Origin: Tubulanus polymorphus
Lineage: Eukaryota; Animalia; Nemertea
Reading direction: 5' to 3'
Length of the DNA: 64,000 nucleotides
Assembly (NCBI RefSeq): GCF_964204645.1
Contig: NC_134033.1
Span: 3,492,131-3,556,130, forward strand
A program made the position numbers and the translations under genes. The notes beneath the pieces were generated by a model, which searched no databases, had not been told where the DNA came from, and saw only the letters and a list, made by a program, of their open reading frames with translations. Every line of letters begins with the position of its first letter. The first letter of the stretch is position 1. Of the stretch, positions 23,301 to 35,848 are shown in pieces.

Positions 23301-26300
23301 GCCGACGAAGAAATCGGTCGCCGTGTAAAATTCGGCCGGTTGCGTGCTGTATCGCGGCTGATTCGGTTTCTTCATCTTTCCTCGTTCGAGGAACTTTCCG
23401 CCGATTATACCTGCGAAAAACGGGCGATTGAAATTGTGACTAATTAGCTTAATTAGCGCGTTAATTTCTTTTAGCGACCCGGAATCCAGCAGTTTGACTC
23501 AGGGACCTGACCCCCGACCTGCGGAGTATCAGACATTTTAACGAATTTAAACGGGCAGACGGATGATTGAAATTGGGATTCATTAGTTTAATTAGGGAAT
23601 TAGGGATCCAGTGCTCCTAATTTGTCGTTTAATTTTGACTCAGGGAACTGAGAACAGGGACTATAGGGCAAGCAAATTTTAATTTTCTTGTTCCCCCGAC
23701 CTGCGGAGTACCAGACATATTAGCCAATTCAAAATTTCTTTCCCCCAAAACTCACTAAGCGTATCTTAGGACATTTCTGCAGATTCGAGGTTTATTTTCA
23801 CCTCAACCCACTGACAACACTACATTAATTCACCTTGGTGCGATGTATTAGCAAGTGTAGATGGGTTAAACGACTAAAAAGGTTAAATGATATACCTGAA
23901 TTCCTGACGGGCGGTTCGAACACTTGGACCGTATCGTCGGAAAGGAAGTACGAAATGATAAATCTTCGATCGGCGTCGATCGGCTTGTCGGTGTCCATAC
24001 GCGCGAGGAACCGCATGACGTTGCTGTCCAAACCGTGTCGGTCCATCTGCATGAATTTGATGAAATCGCGTTTCGGCGGTTTCGGAATCAGGCCCTCCGT
24101 CGAGCAGAGCGAGTCCTCCTCGGAGCCGAACCCGTTGTACGGTGGCGTCTGCTTGGTGACCTTCGTACCGCCGCCGCGGCGGTATTCGATCGGCTTGAAC
24201 TCTTCTACAAAAAAAATTGCGCATCTTGAGGGAAAAATTGAAAATATTGATTAAGAAAAATGTTTCAATAGGGCACTCCTAATGTGGCAAACAAGGACCC
24301 ACTGGATTTCGCTAGTGAAAGTATTAGTGAACATATCCGCCAGGTGTCGCTAACGTGCAGTAGGATATCAACTACTGCAGCAATAGAGATTTCCATTTGG
24401 GACAAGTGAGGATCCACTAGGTGTCGCTAGTGTGAATTGGGATATCATCTACTGCGGCCAAATGATTCTATTTGTGCAAGTGAACATCCACCAGGTGTCC
24501 CTTGTGTAGGTAGGTGATTTTTGCGTCGTAGAATATTTACCGATTCCGTATTTAGTTCTGAAGTATTCCCGAGTGAAGGTGTCGCAGTCGCAGATTTTTA
24601 TTTTCCGACCCAAAACGTTCAATTCGACTCCGATCATCAGATCACTGTCTGTGTAGAAATCAGTGTGAACCGCTCCGGTCTACAAGGTGAAAATAGAATA
24701 TTTGAGAAACGAAGGATACATTCAGGATTATAGATACAATTTTATTAATCAAAATCCGGACATCAAGGTACACCGCTTTAGTGCGTCTACACTGCGGCGC
24801 AGTGTATCGTAAGTAACTAATATTTCACTATGTTTAGGTGCTGTCATCTTTCAATAGAGATAGAAACTATGAATCAATAATAACATCCATACACCGTGGT
24901 GCGATGTACTAGCAAAGTCCATCACTGATTCATACACCGCGCTGCGGTGTAGACACACTGAAAGGGTTAACTTAAAAAGTTGAATCTTTAAATCCCAACT
25001 GTGAAACTCTACCCCCGGAGTCTGTGCCTTCTTTAGCGAATAACGTGCCTACCTTTAAACTATCTAGGATGTACCGTCCGCCTTGTCCCATCGGACCGAA
25101 CACGTTCAGGACGGTGCGATTAGTCTGAACGCCCGGTTGTTTCAGATTTAGCACGTGTTTCGGTAATTTGCCGCGTCTGACAAACATCGGCGCCGCGTCG
25201 CGCCCCGAATTCGGGTAAATTACCTGAAATTTAAAGCGACAAATGATTAAAATTCTTATAAAATATATTTGACCAGCTTTTTCCCTGACTATTCCCTGAT
25301 ATGCACGATGTTTTCCCTGACTTGTAAGTTGTTTTCCCTGACTTGATTTGCTAAGAATCCGATCAATTAACGCAGTCAAATATGTAAAACATAGACTGAA
25401 ACTATTTGATTTTACGCGCGATCTAGAAATCTCTACAAATTTCCCTGATTTTAAGCTTCTTTTTTTCACAAAATCCCCATAGCGTAGGCTATGTTATGAG
25501 AAACCCTAGAGCGCGACTCGTACCTCTCTGATTTCGATGGTGTCGTCTGCCAGGAAATAATGTAGGACCATTTCGCGAAGGTCGCCGAACATGGAATCGG
25601 TGTCGTCCCAAATACAGTAGAATCTCAACACGAGACGATCATAATTGAGGAACTGTTTCAACGTGTCGTGTTTCTCGTACGGACGCAACGGCTGCATACT
25701 CTCATCCATCTGAAATGAGAAGATGACAATTATTACTTAAGATCAGTCCGAGCTCATTTCAGTTTCATAACCAATCTAACATCTTAAGACCAGTCTAAGC
25801 TCATTTTGGTTCTATAACCAATCTAACAACTTTAGACCAGTCTAAACTCATTTTGGTTCTATAATCAATCTAACAACTTAAGACCAGTCTTAAGTCATTT
25901 TAGTTCTATAACCAATCTCCCAAATTGTAGACCAGTCTAAGATCATTTTGGCTCTATACCAAGTCTAACAACTTAAGACCAGTCTAAGATCATTTTGGTT
26001 CTATAGCTAATCTAACAACTTAAGACCAGTCTTAAGCTTATTTTGGTTCTATAACCAATCTAACAATTTGAGACCAGCCTAAGCTCATTTTGGTTCTATA
26101 ACCAATCTAACAACTTAAGACCAGTCTAAGCTCATTTTGGTTCTGTAGTCAATCAAACAACTTAAGACCAGTCTAAGCTCATTTTGGTTCTGTAGTCAAT
26201 CAAACAACTCTAGACCAGTCTTGGCTCATTTTGGTTCTATAAACCAATCTAAGCAATCTAACAAAGTGAAGACCAGTCTGACTGTGCACAATCAAGCCTT

Positions 26301-29127
26301 GAATTTAAGACCATTCCATTTAAGTTCAACACAAACCATTTTCATGATTCAAGAACAGTCTCAGAGGCTTGGACTTAGCTGTAAATGTGCAATTGGCCTC
26401 GATAGATCATATGATACTCGGGGCTTACGCAGACGGTACTTACGCATTTCCTGTAGCTCGTATAGGGGTCGCCGGGAGTGCTGCTCGGCGCGTTCACGCG
26501 AACTCCGAGTTTCTTCAGGAAGTTGTATGTGAACTCGTCGCAGCCGGTGAGTTTAAACGTTCGTCCGTACATCGCTAATTCCGAACCGACGTTGAAATCG
26601 TCGACGTTGTAGAACTCGTCGTCGTTCGGTGGTGGTCGCATGATTTTGTGTCGACGAATCAGAGTTCCTGAAACACGGAATATTTCGGAAATTTAAAAAA
26701 AAAAAAAAACCTGGTGACCACCCCTAAATCTGCAACCCTGCTATCGGACCAAACATTTTCAAAGATCAATATTTTGAACCTTCGGGTAAAAATCCAGTTT
26801 CATCAAAATTCCAATTCTTAAAGAAACTCAATTCATCTATAAATTCGTTTATCAGATTTTTTTCTAGAATTGACAACAAGCTTTCTCTTAAAAAGTAGCT
26901 CCATCAAGTAATTCACCCTATGACATCATCAAGTCACTCAATTTAAAAATTTATCTACTCATTTCACTACAGATTAGTCATTCCTGGATGGAGTTTTCAA
27001 GGAGGAAATTTTAAATTTCGAGGAAGCGTCTGCACCACTTTCATATCCTAATTACAGTAGACTCCTTTTAAATTGGTACTGTTTATCTCGGTAAACTGTT
27101 TATCCTTAGCACTACTGAACTCTGCTTCTAGAATATGGTACCGGTGGCTAATTGGGTAAAAACAAATCCTGGTTTCAAACTGTACTGATTGAGACGATAC
27201 CGTAGTTTACAGTAGGCCTACAACTACAAACATCTCTATGCTTAAAATTGAAAGTTGTAAAGAAGTTTCATACGATTTGCTAGAATTAAAGTTGTTTCAA
27301 GTGACCTTTTAAAACATTCCCTGTTTAGAAGGAGTTTTCAAAGGAATCAAGGAGTCTTATGGATCCTGCCTGATAGATCACGGTTTGGGGTTTCCAGTAG
27401 TCAGGCCAGGGTAAAAAGGAGTACTAAGAAAGACTTTTTCAACAATTTTTGACCCAAAAAGAGGGACTTTTTGACTCAGAAAGAAATACTTCCCAGTAAA
27501 ATGGTGGTCCTTATAGCGAAGCATTTTCGCAATGCCTATGCCGGAATACTAATGTCTATTTCAACCTGACTTGAGAGCATTCCAGGTGGCTTAGCTCAGT
27601 CAGTTTTGGTAGTACATACCTTATTAAGGTCTCACTACGACCAGAAAGGACTGGCAGAGGACCTAAAACATTGTTTTTTAATCCATTTTATTCTGTATTG
27701 AAGGATATCACAAAAGTCTGCATTGAAAGGGGTTCATGAGAGAAATAAGACTCCATGATTTGAAAGTTTAACAATATGTTTCCATGCCAGCAACTGAAGT
27801 TTGGTATGTAGGCATGGAAAGGTTTGTCCAAACTTTTTCCAAAAGAAGGACTTGGAAGCACCGCTGGAAAGGGAAATTTTATTTTCGTAGAACCCCTACC
27901 TTGCGGTACGCCGCTGTTTTTGATGCGCGGTTCGATCACCTGAATCGAGTCGTCCTCGAGGTAGAAGTATATCTTACAGCCGCGTACGCGGTACTGTTCC
28001 TCGCGTTTCTCGTTGACGCCCTCCTGGAAGTACGCGTCGAAGCACAACACCTGTCGATCGAACGCGACCCACGCCGGCAGATCGGCGCCTTCGCCGCGCG
28101 GGAACACGCTGCTCTTCGGTTTCAGTTTCTGCCCGGGTAACGGCTCGCCGCCGATGCCCGGCTTCTCGGCGCCGACCATCATCGGCACCTCGTTGCGGTA
28201 GTCGAATTGTTGCGATTTGTGGAATTTCTGTTTTCCGAGCTGGAAAAGATTTAAAACCGTGTAATAATAATAATAATAATAATAATTGTCATTTATAACG
28301 CGCAAGTATCATTTGACAGTTCAAATGCGCTTTCCGAGGGTTAATGGTATGCTGCATGGAACAAAGTTGTTTTGAGACTGGGTCTTGAAGCTATTGAGGT
28401 CGAGAGATATCTATCTAATAAGATAAAAACCCACTATCTACAGATTAAAAGAATTTAAAAACAAGAATTTATTTATAAATTCTTGAATTTATTATATTAT
28501 TCAATCAAATCCGTACTTAGACATTAAATGGTGAGATTGCGCGTAACAAAATACGTAAAATAGGTCTGAAATAGGTATAGGGCCTAGAGATGAACAATCC
28601 CAATTCGATACACAGGGTTAGTGTCTGGTAAGCAGACGGTTGTTAAAGCAGTCGCTTTCATTGTTCTGATAAATTGAACTGCTTTAACTGGCTAAAAATT
28701 AGGTCTAGAGCCGTTGCGTTAGCCTAATTCAATTTGTGGAGCGACCAGTTTAGGTGTCCCCAATGGTTATGTACCTAATCTAACCATAACACTATTCTTT
28801 AATAACACTAGCGCCACACAGGTAAGGTGACCCAAACTGCAGACCCAATTTGCTGCAACTTTCTCCTCAATTCGATCTGAACGGCCGAAATCATTGATCT
28901 CGAATAGGCCCTATAAAGAAGATACGCGTGATCTGATACTGCACATATTCCTTCTACGTCTATCAATCGTACTACTTGGACGGGACCACAATCGACTCGG
29001 TCAACTTTTCCTCATCCGATCCAGTGTGATGATGTGAATAATGAATGAAATTGAAAGAAATGGATTGAATTACAATTTTACTTACGTTGCCATTGAAGAC
29101 ATTTCCAGGTAAAAGTGGCAACGCCAT
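20389..29127 (-). CDS. EFHC2: EF-hand domain-containing family member C2 (three DM10 domains plus EF-hand region; ciliary microtubule inner protein)
   Basis: Exons 29127-29086, 28239-27900, 26667-26444, 25709-25524, 25223-25053, 24679-24541, 24204-23896, 23410-23214, 22664-22333, 21789-21697, 20584-20389. Motifs [76 protein letters not shown]. Confidence 0.95.
20634..21122. repeat. 162-bp tandem triplication spanning the left end of a MITE (complete element ~21010-21270)
   Basis: Units start at 20634, 20796 and 20958. The third continues to the inverted end TAGATCGGATCCCG. Confidence 0.85.
21380..21505 (-). mobile_element. Short Penelope-like fragment with the 3' half of a hammerhead, flanked by a 15-bp direct repeat
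   Basis: AGATCAGGATAAGTT at 21365-21379 and 21506-21520. Minus strand reads CTGTTAGTCAACAGCC-GAAACGTT-ATGG. Confidence 0.5.
21865..22310. repeat. Degenerate minisatellite (TGATGTCATAGGGGG...AGCCATCTTT) in an EFHC2 intron
   Basis: Reverse complement of the AGMAT intron-5 repeat family. Confidence 0.75.
22974..23139. mobile_element. MITE with ~25-bp TIRs (PIF/Harbinger-like)
   Basis: GGGATCATTCATTTATTACGTACGCA...TGCGTACGTAATAAATGAATGACCC. A left end recurs at ~34663. Confidence 0.75.
25745..26280. repeat. 47-bp minisatellite, ~11 copies, in EFHC2 intron 3
   Basis: Unit AAGACCAGTCTAAGCTCATTTTGGTTCTATAACCAATCTAACAACTT. Confidence 0.9.
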
Positions 29128-29149
29128 GATGATGACCTGTTTGTTTAAC

Positions 29150-29320
29150 TAGCGAGCTACTGTACTGTCTATCTCTGAAGCAGCCCGATTCTCGGAGAAA
29201 AAGGCTGGCGGGCGGTGTTTGTGTGTCACGATTAAAGCTGTTCCAACCAAAACAGGACTTGATCTTTACACGGTTGCCTAGGACGCCGGTGCTACTTTCT
29301 CGCGTCACTAAGGAGAACTA
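29150..29320. promoter_or_regulatory. Putative ciliary-gene promoter elements upstream of EFHC2 (RFX X-box-like and forkhead-like sites)
   Basis: GTTGCCTAGGAC at 29273-29284, GTCACTAAGGAGAAC at ~29304 and TGTTTGTTT at ~29138. RFX/FOXJ1 control of motile-cilia genes is established; the motif matches here are imperfect. Confidence 0.45.
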
Positions 29321-29802
29321 TTTCGAAACAGACTTTCAGATTTCGAGCGAGTTCACCGCTCAAAATTCATCGAAATATCCCAATTCGAGAATCATCAAAT
29401 AAATCTGATCATAATTACTAGTAAAATGAGATTAATTTCTAGAAAAAATGAAAACCCGATCGCGCACGGATATATTAGTTCATTGAATTGCCGGAAGACG
29501 GTGCTCATAACGAGGAAATGGTTTTTTATTACATCCACTACACGATTAAAAGGCGATTAAAAGGTTAGATTATCGTTAAGCACCGATTTTTTTCGCTTTT
29601 TAACACGAAATATTTATCCCATATATATTCTTCCGTCATTATTCGTAAGTATTTTCCATTGTCAATTTGTGAAATTAGTCAGAAATTCAATTTTACCGAG
29701 TCGTAGGCCTATTTTCAATCAAAAAAGTCAAATTACAAATCAACTAACATTATTGTTACGAATTTATCTTCGATACAAGATCGATCCTAGTGAAAATGAA
29801 CG

Positions 29803-30834
29803 ATGACGTCGAAGATGGAAAGAGGCGTCGATCCTTGCCAGAAACAAGCCTGTGCAATACAATATTGTCTCCAAAGTGAGTCTAATTAAATTGTAGTCAA
29901 ACATTTAACAGTCCTGTTTTTGGAAAGGACACTTCCACGATGATCATGATCAATGTGTCGTGTTCCATTCATTCACGTCCATCAAATTTTTTGGAGTGCC
30001 CTTTTTTGTCAACGGATATAATTTGGTATACATTTCACAGTGGGGGAGTACGCTCAGGCCTTTTTTTAATTACTTGTCTTACGGGCTCCGCTGTCGCAAT
30101 TTGCCTAAAACGCCAATAAACCAAAGACTACTATATAGCTAGAAGTAGTTTACATTTATTTCCAACGCCGTTGAACAAAAACGTATTGCTGTAAAAATTC
30201 CTCGTGTATTTATTGTGTATTCAGTTGTTCCGATTCCAATACCCTGGATAGGCCTATAACGAACCACTAGTTATTAACGGACACATTTCCCTTTCCCATG
30301 CAGTATAATTGTACGATTTTTTTTAGATTTTATTTTTTCCTCCTTCTCCTTTGGAAATAAAAGGGTATTAAATAGTTTTATTTTGATTTTTTTTTCTTCT
30401 CCTTCGAAAATGTTTGACAAAGACTGGGGAAAGGTTTTTTAAAGATTTTTTTATTTCCTCCTACCGAATTTTAAGAAACTAATACCGTAAGACAAGTTAT
30501 TAGAAAAAAGGGCCTTAATCAGGCCCGTAGCCAGCCTTGTCTTCAGGGGGGAACATTTTTCTATGAAGTGGAACATTTTATAAGTAACCCACGCTAATAT
30601 TGGGTTTCTGGGGAAAATAAATTCGTGCAGAAAATTTTCGAAGTATGCCAAGATTTACTTTACTTTACAAAAAAATTGTTCTCGTTTGCGGTTTTAGATC
30701 ACAGTTATAAAGAAGAGAAATGCTCGGCGATTATTCGCGAAATGGAAAAATGCTGCGCGAAAACCGCCGAGAGAAGAGCGACGTCGATTTGCTGTTCCGG
30801 GTTTCAAAAACGAATTCAGCATCGAAAACGCTAA
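29803..30834 (+). CDS. CMC4: Cx9C motif-containing protein 4 (p8MTCP1-like, mitochondrial intermembrane space)
   Basis: Exons 29803-29875 and 30698-30834 give MTSKMERGVDPCQKQACAIQYCLQNHSYKEEKCSAIIREMEKCCAKTAERRATSICCSGFQKRIQHRKR, with the DPCQKQAC.IQ.CLQ signature. Confidence 0.88.
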
Positions 30835-30886
30835 GGAGGAACGATTACGAATTTCCTCGACGCTTTTTCCCCCGAAATCGTTGATA

Positions 30887-33599
30887 ATGGGCGTAGGGGC
30901 ATCGAAGGAGCCGGTTCTCACGTTCGAGAAATGCGAAACGGATATTTTCATCCCGCACAAAAAGTACCGGCCGTTTCCGTTCGAACTGCGCAGTCGACGG
31001 CGAACTATTTGTACCAAATTCAGACCGACGCCTCCGCAGAAAGGTAACAACTTGGCTTCTACCGTTTATCACGTTCAAACGTTTTGATAGCGATATTCCC
31101 GATTCGACGAATCGATTTCAGATTCGCCGAATGGTCGGACGGAAGATTTTATGTGCGACGTTGTTTGCTAGTTCGTTCCGGGTTCGGACGACGAACTCGT
31201 AAGTTCTGGAGTGTTTAGAACGAATCCCAGGAGGGCGGTGCCGATGACCCGTGCGGGGTTCGCCTGTAGATGGATTCTCGCATCGACTACAGGTAATATG
31301 GCAGTGGAGATTGTCAGATGCACCGTGATCGGAAAAAAGTTACCCGTATGGGACCGTTCGTTAAGTAAGCACGCAAGCCCTAGGTAGGCAAAAGCGTACG
31401 ATCTGCGTACAAAACTCTAATGTCTATTTCAACCTGACCTGAGAGCGTTCCGGGTGGCCTCGCTCATTTTTGGTAGTACATACCTGATAAAGGGTTTGTA
31501 GGACCAGAAAGGACAGGCAGTCGACCTAAATCATCATTTTTTAATCCATTTGAAACTGTATTGAAGGATATCCAAAAAGACTGCACTGAAAGGGGTTAAA
31601 TGAAGAGAAGTGACTCCATGATTTGAAAGATTAACAATATGTTTCCATGCCTACACACCAAACTTCAGTTGGTAGACATGGAGACATATCGTTAAACTTT
31701 CAAATCATCGAGTCTCTTTTCTCTCATGAACCCCTTGCAATAAAGTCATGTTACCCAGGATTGACTGTTAAGATTAACAATGCCAGACTTAATCTCTCGA
31801 TGAGATCTTCCTGACCAATTACTTATTGGGACCAGGTCACAGCAGCCACTTCTTTGAAAGCATAATATTTCGCTTTCTTCCTTTTACTTCTCAGATTATC
31901 ATGTCGGTGAGCTTCTGGGCCATCGGTCCTTTATTGACATTACCCTAGAAAATATGCACTACATGTATTATACTCTTTCGTGATTCTATGCTTTTATTCT
32001 GCTATTGTAATATTTTTGTGCTCCTTTTCATATACCGGTAGTGTGGTTATCTATGACGTGTACTCCTTGGAAAGTCTCTCGAACCCTATAACCCTCTGGA
32101 AAAACACCTTTGAAAACAAAACCCTCACCCTCTCAAAACCCCAGCTCTAGAAAGCTTGAACCCCTCGAAACCCTAGACCTCTTACCCCCTCCGAAAAACC
32201 TACCTCCCTAGAACCTCGACCCTCTCGAAGCCCTAACCTTGTAGAAAACCTCAATCTCTCGAAAACCTAACCCCTCTGAAAGCAAACCCTCTCGAAACCC
32301 TCGGCGTCTAAGAACCATAACCCTCTAGGAACCCTCGACCATCTTGAAATTGTTAGTTTTGCAGAATAGCACAATACGTGTAGCAACAAATACTACGATT
32401 TATTTCTCTTCCTGCTAATCATTAATATCGCTGCTTTGCAGCTATATTTAGGGTTTCTGCTGCGTTCGCTGAAACCCTATTTGTTATTCTGCATATTATT
32501 ATTATTATTATTATCATTCTATTTTTCACGCTGCATCTTACTGAAAGAATATAGTGCGATACACTGTCCGGGACCTGTAACCCATGGGCGTCAGTCACTA
32601 CCACTTCATCCGAACGGCGAATTCGTCTGCCACATCCGCGATTATGAGATCTGCGTTCACATCTGGAGACGGGCGCGCTCAATAAGCGAGAACGCTCGAC
32701 GAATTTCGACCGCTATCGCGGTTCATTCTGTGCCGTGTCGCCGAACGGCGCGTACCTAGCGTTGATCTGTGATCCTGGCGTTCATTTTTGGATCGTGGTC
32801 GTCGAGAAACCCTCGAGAAAGTTCCGAGTCGTCGGTCGCGTGCGAAGGCACGAAATCAATCGCGGCTGCTGCAATTGTAAGTGGTCGCCGGATAGTCAGT
32901 TCATCGCCTTTACCTCAATTGACGATAACATATCTCTCGTCGATTGTCGCGATAAAAAACGCCCCGCGCTGTATTTGAACGTCGTCGATGATTTCGAAAA
33001 ATTCGATGGTCGAATTGCGAACCCGCGAGCGTTCGACTTCGATCCGAAATCGGCGCATTCGGTTTTGGCGTTCGCGACGCGCGGCGACGTCAGTAAACTC
33101 CACGTTTACGATGTCGACGAGAAAGCGGTCGTTCGGTCGACGGTATTGACGGCAGACGAATACGTCGACGAAGAAGAGGTCGAGCTTTCAAAATATGGAC
33201 TATCGATCTCATTACGATACAGTCACAGCGGATATGTAATCGCCGTCACGCTCGGATTGCGAATTCAGATTTTAAACGCGAGTGATTTATATCCTGGACG
33301 GTATCGCGCAGGATAACGGCGGCTACGTTCGACAGCAGATGTCAGAGCTTTACCCGATTACTCGAGAATTTTCGTTCAGCCAATTCGACGAGTACCTGGC
33401 GGTTTCGTCGACGGACGGGTTCATACGCGTTTGGCAGTTGGACGCGGATTTGAATTTGCAAAATATGTGTCGTAAGGTGATCCTGGCGAGCACGTATTAC
33501 GATCAAGTGAAATTTTTACCGATACCCGATCGTTTGAAGTTGTATCTTCTGCAAATACCGGACTGGGCGGCGGCCCGCGACGCTGAAGCTTATCTATGA
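30887..33599 (+). pseudogene. Disabled WD40-repeat plus SOCS-box gene (WSB-like architecture)
   Basis: Exons ~30887-31043, 31122-31292, 31895-~32075 (degenerate) and ~32530-33599. WD blades (KWSPDSQFIAF, FSFSQFDEYLAVSSTDGFIRVWQL) and a SOCS box (LNLQNMCRKVI..LPIPDRLKLYL). In-frame TAG at 31169-31171 and frameshifts at ~32660 and ~33285. Confidence 0.75.
32080..32345. repeat. Degenerate ~20-bp C-rich tandem repeat
   Basis: Recurrent CTCTCGAAACCCT / AACCCTC units. Confidence 0.6.
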
Positions 33600-35564
33600 G
33601 ATGTGATATTTGTGATTATCCCGAAGAATACAATACGCTTACCTTTGCCGCCAACTGACAGATAATTCCGTGGTGGTCTACCAGGTGTCGCCAGTAGTTA
33701 CTTAGTTACCGGCGTGCCACCAGCTTTCCCGCTAGATGGCGTGCGAAACAGTGCGACAACCCCGTCAAAATTGAGTTCATTTTCAATCAGCTTTCATCTA
33801 GATTTTTAGCCTCCCTCATCAGCAATTAGGCAAATCACTCCTCTTGATAAACTCAGATGATCTTAAGGTTCATATTTAAGGTAGTTTTTACTGATCACCA
33901 TTCAAAGAATTTGAGAAATTATGGACAGACTTTAATCGAATATGAGAGAAAATCCGGCAGTTGTTGTCTGAGTGCACACTAGCGAACCTGGTGAATCCTC
34001 GCTTGCCACGGTCGAACGTAGAGTCCTCATTGCTTCAACATATCGGCTAGTTTTGGTGTCATTAACCGTTACTTGGGAATAGAGGATTCCGCTTGTTACA
34101 AGCGATGATCCACCAGGTGTTTACTCGGCTTTGTCAATTCATTTCTTTTATCATATTGCCTTTCATGAATTCTAATTTTATTTTCAATGACTTTGTTTTT
34201 TGTCAATTCGTGTCACGATATACAGTACAATGTACAAGAAAATATGACACGTTATTTTTTGTTGAAAATGATCTTAGTTTAGATTTGTTTCGTTGTCAAC
34301 GACAATTAATGCAACCTTTTAGGACCGATGTTGCGTACACTCAATGTAGTTTACTTATAGATCGATGGATGGCGGTTGTGTACCGGTAATTTCTATGAAC
34401 CACGTGACCATCCGAGAAGTCGATGGTTTGAATAAGGTGTGATATTCGGTTGTCGGGGTATGAAAAGATAGAAATTTGGGAACCTTATCGAAGTCGTGTC
34501 ATTTATTTACGATTGTTGGAAGAAATGCATGGATGCAATGATAGGTATGCATTACTCCGAAAGAACTTTCATTTGCTCAATATCCGCACACTGTGGATAT
34601 GACGTCGAGTAACGAGTGAGTTCGCGCATTCTATTTACCGGCTTCTGTACGAGATTCAATAAGGGATCATTCATTTATTACGTTTGCATTATAAACTGGC
34701 CCATGGGTCACAAAAATTGACTTTTCGCTTGAGTGGTAAGACATATTCGTGAATTTTTTTTTGAAGGTAGCCAGCCCTTGATCTCAAGTACCGGGATCCA
34801 TGAGGGGAGGGGAGGTGTACGTGCAATTGTGTACTGTTATGCTGAATGTATATGAAAAACTGTTATATGCTACTGTGGCAATCGAGGATTCTACGTTTGG
34901 CAGGCGAGGATCCGCCAGGTTCGCTATTAGAACTCGGTTTACCGCGCTCCAATTCCTCTATATTTCAGTTAAATTCGAATCAACTTTTCTCGTTAATAAA
35001 TCATTACTTATAAAACTATACCATACGTCACGCTCATTGAACGTCAATCTTATATCTATTCGATGACTTGATATGATACTATTTCGATTTGGGAGCCTAA
35101 AAGTCCAGTTCAAAGATCATAAAAAATGAACTAATTTAACGGACGTTGGGACGACTGGTTTTTGGACACGAAATTATAATTTGGGTTCAACCGCTTTTTC
35201 ATACGTTTCAAATGTCAAAGAATTGGTCCGTAGTTATGATGAACTTTTAAAGGGACTCCTGGTTGTCGCGAGTCCGCTGTATTTCAGACGATTCTAGGAC
35301 AAAAAACCCCATATTCTCACGCATTATCCTCCGTCATTCGTTTCTGGCCTTACTATTTACCGCAATATTTACCAGGTAGGGCCACGCGCTATTGTTTAGA
35401 ATTGTATACAATGGGAGCTTTTGAAGCGAAATCAATTCGAACACCTATTGCTTATTACGGCCCTGATGGAGAACCCACACAACTATGGAACTGAATCTAG
35501 AGTTAGATTAAACCCAGACATGTGTGGAACTTGGTCTAGAGTCAAGTTAAACCCACACAACAAT

Positions 35565-35848
35565 AGCTGTCGCAATGGAGGATTCCACCTGTGGTTATAG
35601 AAGATTCACCAGGCGTCGCTAGTGTGCAGTAGGACACGAACTACTGTGGCAATAGAGGATTCACAAGGCGTCGCTAGTGTGCAGTAGGACATGAACTACT
35701 GTTTCAATAGAGGATTCACCAGGCGTCGCTAGTGTGCAGTAGGACATGCACTACTGTTGCAATAGAGGATTCACCAGGCGTCGCTAGTGTGCAGTAGGAC
35801 ATGAACTACTGTTGCAATAGTGGATTCACCAGGCGTCGCTAGTGTGCA
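35565..35848. repeat. 55-bp minisatellite, ~5 copies
   Basis: Unit AACTACTGTTTCAATAGAGGATTCACCAGGCGTCGCTAGTGTGCAGTAGGACATG. Confidence 0.9.

Noticed and set aside
31169-31171. Stop-codon readthrough or recoding in the WD40-SOCS gene
   Set aside because: The same gene has two frameshifts and a degraded exon, so pseudogenisation is the simpler explanation.
34800-35066. ORF sharing a C-terminus with 49983-50333
   Set aside because: The shared part is simply the start of the duplicated segment; no coding signature.
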